Part shown: in pieces, positions 38,118 to 50,662 of the stretch
Layout: every line of letters begins with the position of its first letter
Position numbering within the stretch: the stretch's first letter is position 1
Assembly: GCF_036971445.1 (NCBI RefSeq)
Contig: NC_091471.1
Span: forward strand, 342,984,001 to 343,048,000
DNA: 64,000 bases
Direction of reading: 5' to 3'
Source of the DNA: Narcine bancroftii
Lineage: Eukaryota
Program-made: the position numbers and the translations under genes
Notes under the pieces: generated by a model
Told to the model about the DNA's origin: nothing
The model's database searches: none
What the model saw: only the letters and a program-made list of their open reading frames with translations

Positions 38118-38558
38118 GTCACTCGTCTGAGTGCTACTGGTACCATGTAACCCAGTACTACCCGTCAGGTGGTCGGCGACTAAACCGGCTCTCCCACCAG
38201 GCTTGCCTGGTGCGAAGAGTGGCTAGACACCCTGCAGGATGGAAAACAAGACCCGTTAAAGGGTGGACGAACCCTCTCATGGGGTCAGCGGCCATCTAGC
38301 AAACGAATGTGGAAAGAGCATCCCTTGCATTGAAGCTTGGTGTGCTCATTCACTACAACAGAACTTCTTCCCCGCCTGCCAGCTGTCTTGGACCTTATCG
38401 CGCCACTGGATACAGGAGGGGATGTCAAGAGGGTGGGTCTGGACTTGTGCAACCCTCTGCTCACCTAAAATCCATTCAAGGACATGCTGTTCCTTTCTGA
38501 GGAGTGGGGTATCCTCATATCAAACCCCACAAACTGACTGAAAGGAACCATCATCATC
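38118..38558 (+). mobile_element. Non-autonomous RTE-related element (5'UTR-like body plus CAT tail)
   Basis: GC-rich noncoding body with 'gccactggatacagg'; ends 'tgactgaaaggaacCATCATCATC', a trinucleotide tail typical of RTE-clade elements. Confidence 0.5.
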
Positions 38559-38624
38559 TTCTGGGATAGATGGCAGATTGTTTATTTCATATTAGAGTCT
38601 ATGCTGTTTCTACATTAAGTCTCT

Positions 38625-38842
38625 GTGTTGCACCAGAATCCTGACTTAATTATTTAAGAAGGCTAAGGGTTGGATCTTCTTAAAAACATCAAGATTGGGG
38701 TCAGATGCGATATACCCTAGGATGCTGTGGGAAGTGAGAGAAGAGATAGCTGGGGCACATCACGAGTCAATTAGGTACGATGAAAACAGTGCTTTTCTTT
38801 TCACCCACATACCACCTTAAGTAATCCTTTACTAATCACAGA
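38625..38842 (-). repeat. Right arm of the inverted duplication
   Basis: Reverse complement of 35378-35589. Confidence 0.93.
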
Positions 38843-40059
38843 TTTTGTAAGCTTTTAAATGTTCTTGGTCATTTCAACAGATGAACACTGAAATCAAGCA
38901 ATCGTATTTTTTATATTTAACGTAATTTATTATAGTCTTGTTCTTTTATCAATGTCTTATAAACCATTAAACTAATCAATATTTCTTCCCTGTTCCTTGA
39001 GGTCGACATTATTAGTTGTTTGTCAATTGTTTGTCAAGCTTGTCACTACAAGCTTAACACACAGCACACGTTCCAGAAATGCATCAAAGTTGCCGATTTT
39101 TTTTTTTTTTCAAAGCAACTGAAAAGTTGCTCATACTCTCTCCTGACCTCTGATTGCGGGTTCCTAGAATTGCTGACCGTGTTAGGTGGAAGCGATTTTG
39201 GAATTTCTCCCTGACCTTGTTACATCCTTCAGACTTTGATCATCCTTCTGAGGTAAATTTGCTAACATCGTGTAAATTCAAACAGAATTTCTACGAACAG
39301 AATTGTCCTTTCATTTACAAGCTATCTCACCCTGTTTCATTAATGTTCATCTGTAAAGAAATATTTCCATCCTTTCAATGTATCAATTGGACGGAGAGCT
39401 CGCCTTATTGTAATAAATGCATCAATGGCCTGGCATCTTGTCCTGTCAACCACTGACAAATACTTGGTTTGTCTTTTATCTGCAGTGTTGCCATTTCTTC
39501 TTTCCATCTGCTTGAGTCTTCATGCTCACGAGTCTTCATGCTCACAAGCTGCACACATCATGCCACCAATAAAGTCGAATGATCAGTAGACATCCCTGAT
39601 GACTTCATCAATTTAAGTAGCCGTAAATTTTCACCTTCTTCATCACTAATGTAAAGCATGAGTGCTCAGTGAGTTTTCAATTTGAATACTCCTGATTATA
39701 ATTTATGCACAGACGGTGCAGCATTTTTCACAAAGTGAAATTGTAAAAAGCATCACAAATTGTATTACCATCAATATATTTAAAATATCAGTGAGAGTAC
39801 ATATGTTAAATTACCTGGGAAATTTGACCCATCCTTGTTTATTACTCTTTTTAATATTCATCTGTTGCTTCACTGGCAGGCCCGAAACAGTGGCAATATG
39901 TCTTTGAGTCCTGTGGGTGTGCTGTGCATGGGATCTGCTGAGTTTCTTTTGCGAATTAGCGACAATCACCGCATTTGCAGATTCCTTATTTCAAGCCAAT
40001 CCACATTAATTTTCAGTCATTTTGACTTCAAGATTTATTAGTTGTAGCAAAAAAATGTA

Positions 40060-40495
40060 TTGCATCAACCTGGAAATCAGAAGATAGCCTGAGAATACAG
40101 CAATGGTACATAGAAATGAATAAATGTATTCTATTGGAAAAAGTAACATATAATTTAAGAAATAACATCATAGTATTTGAACAAATTTGGGAACCGTACA
40201 TGGAAAACAACAGAGAAGTCCTACCGCGGACTTCTACCCCCTAAAATGACAGAAGGAGAAGAAGACGAAATGAACTGACCCAGTGCGTAAAAGTAGATGA
40301 CACAAATTTCTTGTTTATTTTCATTGTGTGATGACATTGTTTAATGGGTTTAATGTATCATATAGGTTGAACATTGAGTGGGTGGGGGGGGGGGGAAAGG
40401 GAGAAAATGACACTGTGTATATTCAAGAGGGAAATGTTTATGTGTATTTTGGTCAGTATAGTTCATAGTGTGAAAAATTGAAAAAAAAAAATTTA
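40060..40495 (+). mobile_element. L1/Tx1-type LINE 3' end
   Basis: 'ASTWKSEDSLRIQQWYIEMNKCILLEKVTYNLRNN..FEQIWEPYM', G-rich 3' UTR, poly-A tail. Confidence 0.85.
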
Positions 40496-40854
40496 AAAGG
40501 TAACAAGGCACAAGAATAAGCAATAAAGCAAACCAGTGTATCCGGAGAATCTGTGCACATACAGAGGTTCTGAATCTAAAGCAACCAATAAATGAATGTC
40601 CATTGCCAATATTAATTTAACTAGCCAGTCTAGAATATTTTGTTTTAAAGCTACATAAGGGTCACTTCAAAGCTGTTTCTGAAAGTTGCACTAAAATGCA
40701 AGAATTGAATTCACCAACAGTTTACCCTATTGATGCCTTGCAACTTCTATCAGTTGTGAGCACATAGCCCTGCAACTTTGAAATTCCTTAAATAGACATT
40801 CCAATTTACAAATAAAACAATTCCAGGTAAAGTTGTGTGTTGCCAATAACACTC

Positions 40855-41925
40855 TTCGACAATTGCAGCTCAGCTTTCAACACCCTCCCATTCCTCAGTA
40901 CTGGTCAACAAGCTCCAAAACCTGGGCCTCTGCACCACCCACCCGCAACTGGATCCTTGACTTCCACACTGGAAAATCGAGGTCAGTACGAATCATAAAC
41001 GAAGTCTCCTCCTCACTGACGATCAACACAGGCTACATCAAGGAAGTGTGCTTCGCCCACTGCTCTACTTGCTGCACACCCATGATTGTGCGGCTAAGCA
41101 CAATTCAAATGCTATCTACAAATTTTCTGATGACACCACAGTCGTCAACAGAATCACAGGCAGCAAGGAAGAAGCGTATCACGAGGATATAGATCATCTA
41201 TTTGAGTAATGCCACAACAACAACTTTGCACTCAATGTTAGCAAATCCAAGGAGCTGATTGTGAACTTCAGGAAGGGGAAATCAGGAAAACATAAACCAG
41301 TCCTCATTGAGGGGTCACCATTAGAAATGGTTAAGATTATTAAGATCCTGGGTGTCAACATCTCTGAGGATCTCTCCTGGGGCCTCTATATCGATGCAAT
41401 CACAAAGGCTCACCAACGGTAATACTTATTGAGGAATTTGAGGTTTGGTATGTCACCAAAGATGCAAATTTCCACAAGTGGAGAGCATTCTGAATGGTTG
41501 CATCACTGTCTTGGCCAATACCCAAGATGAGAGAAAGAAAAAAACTACAGAGCATTGCGAACTTGGTCAACGCCACCATCACAGGCATCAGTGTCCACTC
41601 CATCAAGGACGTCTACAAGAGGCGGTGTCTTTAAGAAAGCAGCCTCTATCCTCTGGGACCCCCACCACCCCAGGCCATGCCCTCTTCTCTCTGCTACCAT
41701 TGGGAAGGAGGCACAGAAACCAGAAAACAAGCACACAGCAGCAGAAGGACAGTTTCTTCCCCTCTGCCATGAGACTTCTGAATGGATAATGAACCACAGG
41801 CACTACCTCACTTTCTCTTAATTTTTGCACTCATTTAATGATTTTAAATGTATTATTTGTACTGTGGAAGCTGCTGCAAAACAATATATTTCATTGCATA
41901 CTCATGACAATAAATTCTCCTTCTA
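40855..41925 (+). mobile_element. Rex1/Babar LINE 3' fragment
   Basis: 'NWILDF', 'KAASILWDPHHP', 'KDSFFPSAMRLLN'. Confidence 0.88.
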
Positions 41926-43514
41926 AAATGAATGGATGCTCTATTAATGGGAAGGACTATGGGAGTCAGGGAATCCAAGACAGGGTTGTGGTATGTTCTC
42001 TTGTGCAGGAGACTACAGCCAGGCCAGGATTATAGCCAAATGTTCTGGCTGTCGACGTACTGTACATCTGTGCCAGGGTTTTTCCTTTCCTAGACTGCTG
42101 GTCCTGTAGGCTTAAATAATAGGACATGAAACCTCTTCTTTTCTGTGGAGTTTGGGTGACCTTTAAATCAGCAAGAAGCACAACAGTTTAGGTTGAGGCA
42201 CAGATCTGTATCTGAGGATGACCATGGTCCTGACTTCTGCAGCAAAAGGAAAACAGTTTGCAGGCTGGTCTTTTGAACCAAACAGTTAGTAAAACCTGGT
42301 CTATTATACAAGAACTGGTGTGTTTCAGATCACTGAGTATAAGAATCTCACTGCAGCTAAAATCTCACTGCTGACATCACCTGGAGCTGTTTAACATGAG
42401 AAAATGTAGTTTAGGGAGAATTAAAGAAAGTCTTGCTGCAAAAGAGGAGAGAAATTTCCCAATGGGTTTTAAACAATCCAGAGAAGCATCCAAGATTAGT
42501 TTATGCTGAAATATTCAACTGGATGGCAGCATTTTGCTTTTATTGTGTGAACAAATTTCCAGTCAGTTACTTTGAAAGAATAATGCTGGCCGTTGTCAGA
42601 ACAAAGTCTGCATTTCTTTGAATGGTGCCAGGAGTAAAAAGATAGACCACAGTGCTGTAAGTTCAATATCTGAGTCAATGCATAACAGACAATTTGAGCT
42701 CGACTGGATTGGAAAATTAATTTATATCATGCACATTTATCAGGTATCTGATCTAAATTCAAGAAAGACCTCCAACTTAAGAGCTCAGATTCTTCCAACT
42801 AAATCCATTTGATACTCCAAATGTAATTCACTTCTAAAGTAATGTTCTCTCCTGTCCCAAACTCCTAAGTATCAATGTTAACACTTCATCAAATAGAGTG
42901 AACATACAAAATTAATTCTTAGAATCTTCTGAAATTAATAGGAAAAGGAAACACTGCAGCTTTGACCTTGAAATGCGCATTCATATATTTACAGTTTCCC
43001 CACAGACTTTTCTTGCAAGTTGTATGGAGGAAGATTAAGGCACATTGGTAGATTCAAATTTGTCTTCGTCATAGAACAGAGGATAGCAGTGAAGAAGTAT
43101 GCTGAATTGAGATCTGTGACCAGAGTAGGGAAGTGATCTGAATGAAAATATAGTCGGACTGCTGAGTATGTTTGCAGACAACTTGATAATTGACAGAATT
43201 GTGGATAGTGAGGAAATGTGTCAAAGGATATGGACCAGGTTGAAATAAGGTGGGAGGAATGGCTAATGAGGAATTCAAGGATCCATTTGCAGAGGGATGA
43301 ACAGAACCCAGATCCATCAGTTTGTTTGTGTTTTGCTGGTATAGATGATATTGAAGGCTGAGCTGAACTCTAGCCTGGCATAGGTGTTACTGTGATCCAG
43401 GGGATTTAATGCAGAGTGGAGGGCCAGCGAGATGGCATCTGCTGTTTTGACGATAAGCAAATTGAAATGGCTTCAAATCGTCCCTGAGATAGGAGTTAAT
43501 TCGCTCAATAACAT

Positions 43515-43755
43515 GGCACAGTTCGCATAGCAGTTAGCCCAACACTATTACAGCGTCAATGACCCGGATGCTAATCCAGCACTGTCTGTAAGTAGCTTGT
43601 ACTTTCTCCCCATATCCGTGTGGGTTTCCCGTGGGTGCGTCAGTTGCTTCCCACTCTTCAAAACTTGTAGGTGGTGTAGGTTAATCAGGGTATTTGATTA
43701 GCGTGGGCTCGTGGACCAGCAGGGCCTGTTAATGTGTTGCATGTCTAAATTTAAA
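43515..43755 (+). mobile_element. HE1-like V-SINE
   Basis: Head, V-domain and tail; near-TSD AATAAC. Confidence 0.85.
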
Positions 43756-44404
43756 AATAACCAATTTCTTAAAAGCATTTAATCGTGGTAGAATAAGTAC
43801 CACTGGCAATGGTCATCTTTTGCTTCTTGGGTGCTAGATTAATGGATGTCCTTTGGAAGCAGGACCTCTGAATAGGAATGGATTTATTGATTTGTGCTTT
43901 ATGGGACTCTTTTTAATGAGTCTGAGACCTAAATGGACTAGGCAAATAATTATAGGACCCCACAATGTCAGAATGAGAATTAATTCCGAAAAAACCCAGA
44001 TAAAATCTGGAAAGTGGAAAAATAGATTCAATGGCAAATTTTATGTTAAGGGCAAAATTTTAAAAAAGAAGCAACAAAAAAAAAATTAAGGGGGATAAAA
44101 GTCAAAATGGTGAATAAAATACTTTATTTCAATTTTTACAAATAAAATCAGAAGAAATGAGACTCCGCACTATTGAAAGTACATTTTCAATGTGGGGGCC
44201 ATTGCTTTGCAGCAGTGAAATCTTAATGCATTGTTAAAAATTATTTAGATTTGAATCGGAGGGAATATGTCCTTACCTTTACGGCCATTTATATTGAGGT
44301 TAAGTCTCTTAACCCCACGGCTGAATACTAACTCACTTAGTGCAGTACTAGTGTGCTGGAGAAGGGGGGCAAATGAGACAGTAACTTGCTCATTTTATTT
44401 ATTT

Positions 44405-44620
44405 TTAATTTAGACGTACAGCACGGTCACAGCCACTTTCCAGCCCACAGGCCCTGTGCTGCCCACAAATGCCCAAATTATCCTACAACACAAATACGTT
44501 TTGAAGAAACTGGAGCACCCGGAGGAAACCCCCGCACACCCAGGGAGAACATACAAACTCCTTACAGACAGCGCAAGATTCGAACCTGGGTCGCTGGTGC
44601 TGTAATACCGTTGCGCTAAC
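44405..44620 (-). mobile_element. HE1-like V-SINE
   Basis: Antisense 'ggagcacccggaggaaaccc..acaaactccttacagacagc..ttcgaacc'. Confidence 0.9.
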
Positions 44621-44839
44621 TGCTGTAAGTTGCTTTCTGACATACTCCTTAATACCATAAATACTGGTGGCCTCTTCGTTTGCCCTGCTGCAAAATCCAG
44701 CTCAATGCCATTTTTGTCATTGACTTGTCCATCCTCGTGAACACAAATTATTGTGAATTAACAATGTTTGTAGAGCAACCTGCTTCAACAACTTCCCCAG
44801 GAAACCATCTCCAGCATATCCTTCACCTCGGACAAAGCT

Positions 44840-45105
44840 TTGTTCTCTGAGCACTTTCAGAAGGAGCTGCTACCCCTCTACCATCGGATTCCTCAAAACA
44901 AACTCAGTCAGAGACCCATTTAAGGACTCTTTTGCACTTTTAATTATTGATTTTTTTTTCTCTCTGCATTGCACAGTAAATTTGTTTACATTTCTTTATT
45001 TGATTACATGTTTACATTGAGTACAGTTTTTACCTCGCCCACAGGAAAAATAACCTCAAGGATATATGTGATTTTATGGATGTACACTGACAAGAAATCT
45101 GAAAT
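44840..45105 (+). mobile_element. Rex1-type 3' UTR fragment
   Basis: Reverse complement of the 50310-50560 tail. Confidence 0.7.
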
Positions 45106-45164
45106 CATCAGGTCCAAAATGCCCATGAATAAATGATATTGTGGTGGTTGCAGGATGGAAAATA

Positions 45165-47190
45165 GAATCAGAATTTATTGTCTTGAAATTCGATGTTTTG
45201 TGGCAGCATCATATAAACCACTTCTACAACAATAAATAAAATATAACAAAATAGTGCCCGAAAAGTAAGGACGTATCTTTGGTTCATTGATTTTTCATGA
45301 ATATGGTGGCAGCGGGGAAGAGCAGAGTGAAGAGGGCATGGCCTGGGTGGTTGGGGTCCTTTATGCATAGGGGCTGCTTTATTAAGACACCGCCTCTTGT
45401 AGATGTGCTCGATGGAGTTAAGTCTGGTGCTTCCGATGCCACAGGCTGAGTTCACAACCCTCTGGAGTTTTTTCTTGTCCTGAGAGTTGGTGCCTCCATT
45501 CCAGACAGCAATGCAACCCACAATGCTCTCCACAGTACACCTGCAGACGGTTTCGCGAGCCTTCAGTGACATACAGAATCTCCTCAAACACCTCACAAAG
45601 TATAGCAGCTGGTGAGCCGCCTTCGTGATTGCATCAACACGGAGGCTCTAGGACAGATCCTCGGAGATGTTAACACCCAGGTATGTGAAGTTCTTGACCC
45701 TCTCCACTACTGAGCCCTCAATTAGCACTGGGTCGTGATCCCCTGACTTCCTCCTGAAATCTATATCATCTCCTTGTTTTGCTTTCATTGAGCTCAAGCT
45801 TCAACAAGCTGATCTATCTTCCCCACCTCCCCCCCCCCCCCCCGTACGCTTTCTCATTGTCATTTGTGAATCTGTCGACAAGTGTGGTGTCAGCGAAAAT
45901 ATTATAGATAGCATTGAAATTCTGCCTGGCCACACAGTCATAGGTGTATAATGAGAAGAGCAGTGGGCTAAACATGCATCCTTGAGGTGCACTGTATTGA
46001 TCCTCATTGAGGAGGAGATGTTGTTTCCAATTCGTACTAACTATGGTCTTCCGATGAGGAAGTTAAGGATCCATTCGCAGAGTGGGGTGCAGAGGCCTAG
46101 AGTTTGAAGCTTCTCAACCAACACTGAGGGAATAATGGAGTTGAAGGTTGTGATGTCATCGATGAAGAACAGCCATATATATGCTTTGCGGTTTTCGAGG
46201 TGATCCAGAGCTGAGTGGAGAGCCAGCGATGTTGCATCTGCTGTGGAGCAATTGTGACAATAGGTGAAATGAGGTGGGTCCAGCCCTTTGCTTAGGTACG
46301 TGTTAATTCTGTCCATGACTAGCCTCTCAAAGCATTTCATCATAGTTGAAGTTGGTGCTACTGGGCAATAGTTGTTGAGGTAGTTCACTCTACTCTTCTT
46401 GAGGACCAGGATGATGGATGCCATTTTGAAGCTGGTGGGAACCATTGACTGCTGTAGCGAGAGGTTGAAAATGTTGTGAACACTCCAGCTAGTTAGTTGG
46501 TGCAAAATTTCAGTACCCTGCCAGGTACGCTGTCAGGACCTGATGCCTTGCAAGGGTCCACCCTCTTGAATGATGTTCTAGTCATCCTCAAAGACAGATA
46601 TTACAGGGTCCTCATCCTTTGCAGATTCTAGTAGGCACTGTTTCGTTCTCTTTCTCAAAGATGTTCAGCTCATTGGGTAATGAAGCATCACGGCCATTTA
46701 TGGTGTTCGCCTCTTTCTTTTAGACTTTAATGGCCTGCACTCTCTGCCATAGCTGGCTTGAATCTGTCTCTGACATGAGCTTCCTCCAGAATTGCCACTT
46801 TGCTTCAGAGATGGCCTTCCGCAAGTCATACCTGGTCTACTTGTAGAGATCTAGATCCCCGGCCTTAAACTCCCTTGATCTCACCTCCAGCAGGTTGCGA
46901 ATCTCTGATTCATCCAGGGCTTGTGATTGGGAAACACCTGGTATGTGCACACGGGCACACACTCATCCATGCATGTCTCGATGAAGTCAGTGACACCCAT
47001 TGCATATTCAATCAAGTCCATGGATGAGTTCTTGTATATGGTCCAGTCCACTAATTCTAAGCAATCCTGCCTCCCTCGACCATACTTTTGTCATCTTCAC
47101 CACTGGTGCTGTGGTCCTCAGTCTCTGCTTGTACGCCAGGAGTAGAAGTACAGCCTGGTGATCAGACTTGCCAAAGTGCAGTCATGTTCT
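45165..47190 (-). mobile_element. Rex1/Babar LINE, ~2-kb 5'-truncated copy
   Basis: ORF 46041-46505 'IFNLSLQQSMVPTSFK..MKCFERLV..STADATSLALHSALDHLEN'; 3' tail at 45165. Confidence 0.92.
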
Positions 47191-47509
47191 CTGTTTAAAT
47201 GAATCACTGCTTTTAATTTTGGATGGCATCTTCGTTCTTTTTTATCCACTGTAATGTCACCTTTTATATTTTTTGCTAAAATGTTTTGTTCTCTTTGATC
47301 AGCTTTTCTAAACCAATGGCAATGTTCAGACACTTTTAGAGAAGCCCTCTTTTTATCAACTGTTGATTATCTATTCTTATGAGTTGAATATGGAGTAAAA
47401 TATTCAATTCATTCTGTTTGGATGTGGATCTAAAAGGTACATTCCTTGCTTGCAAAATAACCTTTGCTCACTTTTTCTTATTTGGAGCCGCAATGAAAAT
47501 CCTTTAATA

Positions 47510-47725
47510 GCATAGCAGTTGGCACCGTGCCGTTATAGCACCAGCGATTGGGATCCGTGTTCTAATCTCGCACAGTCTGTAAGGAGTTTGAACCTTCTCT
47601 TCATGGGTTTTCCCCGGGGCTCTGGTTTCCTCCCACTGTTCAAAACATAATGCGGTTGTAGGTTAATTAGGCATCACTGGCTCGTGGGCCAAAATGGCCT
47701 GTTACCATGTTGTATGTCTCATTTT
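47510..47725 (+). mobile_element. HE1-like V-SINE
   Basis: Family similarity; tail 'gggccaaaatggcctgttaccatgttgtatgtct'. Confidence 0.85.
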
Positions 47726-48639
47726 TTAAAAAAATACTTAATTAGAGAAGTTGTTCTTAGACAACAAAAATGTGTGTCATTTTGAGGCTCAGTTGTTTTG
47801 ACAATTCTGAGCTTTCTCTAGGAATTAAGCAATGGTAGATTGGCTTTGGAAATGTCGCTTACTTTCAAGTTATTTTTCTCTCTTTTTGTTCTGGTTTCTT
47901 ATTGATTCTCGGTGCCTTGCTGACAGGTTTGTGTATTTGAATCGGAAAGCATTGCTGCTTTTTTTTCCTCCTGAATGTTTCATTTTTGAAACGCAGTTCA
48001 TTATTTCACAAAATACCTCTGTGCCACTAGCTTTAGGAAACTGCTATTTGTATATTCATTTGAACTTGTAAGCATTGGTGAATACATTGTGACCCAATGA
48101 AAATCACCAAGGAAAGGTCACAGTTACATATTGATTTGAATTCAATTCTATAAATCCCAGCTTTCTTTCACATTTTGCTCAGAATGTTGCCTGGTTTCAC
48201 TAGCTCATCCTGTACGTTTATCATTCTGTGAGGCCAGCGCATGATTATCACTTGCTGACCTTTTGGGGTTTTCAATTGTTTGCTGGCGCTTTGACACACC
48301 TGAACCAATTTAACTTCACAGATCAGCAGGCACTAGAATCATGCAGTTTTTGATGATGTCATTCTTCAATAGTTCGTTCAGCTCAGAAAACACCAGATTA
48401 TACAGAATGCCAACAAATCCTTGAGAGCAAAGGAGCGATAACTTATCTTTTTCTGCTTCTGTTACTTTCTCACTTATGACATTGGAAGATGGGATCACAC
48501 AAACACATTTGATTGATTGCCTCTGTCATCCATGCCATCAGCTTCAGCTGAGTGGTTTTGAACAAATAAACTGATAACACGCAGATCTCTCCCCTTCTTA
48601 TCGTTCAGATGTCTGCCATAATTCAGTAGCAAGGTGGGA

Positions 48640-48820
48640 GACACATGACAGACTGCAGATGCTAGAACTGGGAGCAAAAAAAATCTGCTGGAGGAAACCA
48701 GAGGGTTGAGCAACATCAGTGGGTGAAAAAAATTGTTCTATGATGGAAAAAGTCGAACCTTCTTTTTCTCCCAATAACGTCGTTCAACTGCTAAGTTCCT
48801 CCAAGAGATTCGGTTCTTGT
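48640..48820. mobile_element. Short Penelope-derived inverted-repeat element (older)
   Basis: 'ctgcagatgct..atctgctggaggaa...ttcctccaagagatt' inverted arms. Confidence 0.6.
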
Positions 48821-48977
48821 TTCATATTTGGAATTTTTGATCTTTTTTCATTTTAACAACTCTCGTCGTCACTTTCAGTTTAAGAAATTTACAAATTCAT
48901 TTTTTTATTCATTTTCAGCCATTGTGTTTCATGACGACTTTTCCTTCACTGCCCATGAGAAATTGCCTCAGTCCTAG

Positions 48978-49410
48978 TAAAAAAAAAACACAAAATGTTG
49001 GATAAACTCCGCAGGTCAAATAGTGTCCTTTATATAGCAAAGGTAAAGATACATCACCAACGTTTCAGGCTTGAACCCTTCATCAAAGTATGAGAAAATG
49101 CTGGCAGGTATCTTAACAAAAGAGTAGGGGGGAAGGGGTTGGCAAAGGCAGGAGATGATAGGTGGAGAAAGGAGGGAAGGGACGGCACAATGAGGGGGTG
49201 GAGGGATGGCTGGATGGGTAGAACTGGAAAGACAGGAAAAGGATGGGGTGGGGGGAAAGCAAGCAGATTTAGTGGAAAGCAGTAAGGTCAATGTTAATGC
49301 CATCTGGCTGGAGAGTGCCCAGATGGAAAATAAGGAGTGATTCCTCCAATCTGCAGGTGGTCAGGATAGTACACAAGGCCATGAACAGACATAAGTACAG
49401 GAGTGTGACT
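48978..49410 (-). mobile_element. Penelope-like element 3' end
   Basis: Minus strand encodes 'LIFHLGTLQPDGINID' (PLE endonuclease C-terminus), followed by pyrimidine-rich pLTR and TTGATGAAGGG..GAAACGTTGG. Confidence 0.85.
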
Positions 49411-49699
49411 CCTACAGTGGTGTCGGGCAGCAAGTTCCAATGATGCTAAAAATTGGCAATAGATTTCCAAATCAGGATGGCTTTTGATGTGGAGAGTTGG
49501 AAGTGGCTCCGTCAGCCTGATGCCCATTTTTTGCTGATAGTGATCACTGGTTTGATGAGTGCTTCCACATTAACCTGGTAAGTAATTGCAGTGCATTTTG
49601 TAGAGCATGTATACTGTAGCCACACTGACCTATGGTGGAGGGTCTATTTAAGGTGGTTTATGGAGTGCCAAACAAATGACCCGCTTGGTTCTGGATGGT

Positions 49700-50300
49700 C
49701 ATAGAGTCATGCAGTGTGGAAGCAGGCTGTTTGGCCCAACTTGCCCATGCCAACTAAAATGTCACATGCAGACTAATCCCATCTGCCTGCATTTGACCAT
49801 GTTTCTCTAAACCCATCCTATTCAGGTATTCATCCCAAATGTTTCTTAAGCATTGCAAAAGTGCCTGCCTTGACCATCTCCTTCAGCAGCTGTTTTATAC
49901 ACTCACCACCTTCTGTGTATTAAAAAAAAACAAAACAAAACCACCTTATTCTTTACCCTTCCCCCCCCTCACCTAAAACCTCTTTCCTCTGGCTACTGAA
50001 TGCCCTTTACTCTGGGCAAAAAACTCTGCATTCACCCAATCTATTCCTCTCATGATTTTGTATATCTTTATTCCTTTCGTGATTTTTGGATACCTCATCC
50101 TCCTGCACTCTCAGGAATAAAGCCCTAGCTTGCTCAACTTCTCCCAATAGCTCAGGATCCAGTCCTGGCAATGTCCTTGTAAATCTTCTTCTCTGCACCC
50201 TCTCCATCTTTCCTGTAGAACAGTGACCAGAACTGAACATAATACTCCAAATGGAGTCTCACCAACTTCTGAGACAGCTGCAATCTGACCTCCAACATTT
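49700..50300 (-). mobile_element. CR1 3' fragment
   Basis: 'ERVQRRRFTRTLPGL' and CR1 tail. Confidence 0.85.
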
Positions 50301-50309
50301 TAGCTCAAT

Positions 50310-50662
50310 TGTCAGAGTACATACATCACATACAACCCTGAGATTCCTTTTTCCTGCGGGGGAGACATAATTACCACTCATTGGTAGAGCAAAAAAATAA
50401 ACTGTACACAGCGTATACCTGTAAACAAATAAGAATGTAAACAAACTGCTATACAGAGAGAACAAAGAAAATCAATAAAATGCACAAGTGAAGAGTCCTT
50501 AAATGAATCCCTGATTGAGTTTGTTGTTGAGGAGTCTGGTGGTGGAGAGGTAGCAGCTCTTCCTGATCCTGGTGGTGCGAGTCTTGTGGCACCTCTACCT
50601 CTTTCCTGATGGCAGCAGTAAGAACAGAGTGTGTACTGGGTGGTGTGGATCCTTGATGATTA
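50310..50662 (-). mobile_element. Rex1 3' end
   Basis: Minus strand 'KDPHHPVHTLFLLLPSGKR*RCHKTRTTRIRKSCY' plus 3' UTR. Confidence 0.8.

Noticed and set aside
39513-39545. 16-bp tandem duplication (a similar 17-bp one near 33527)
   Set aside because: Ordinary slippage or repair duplication with no further structure
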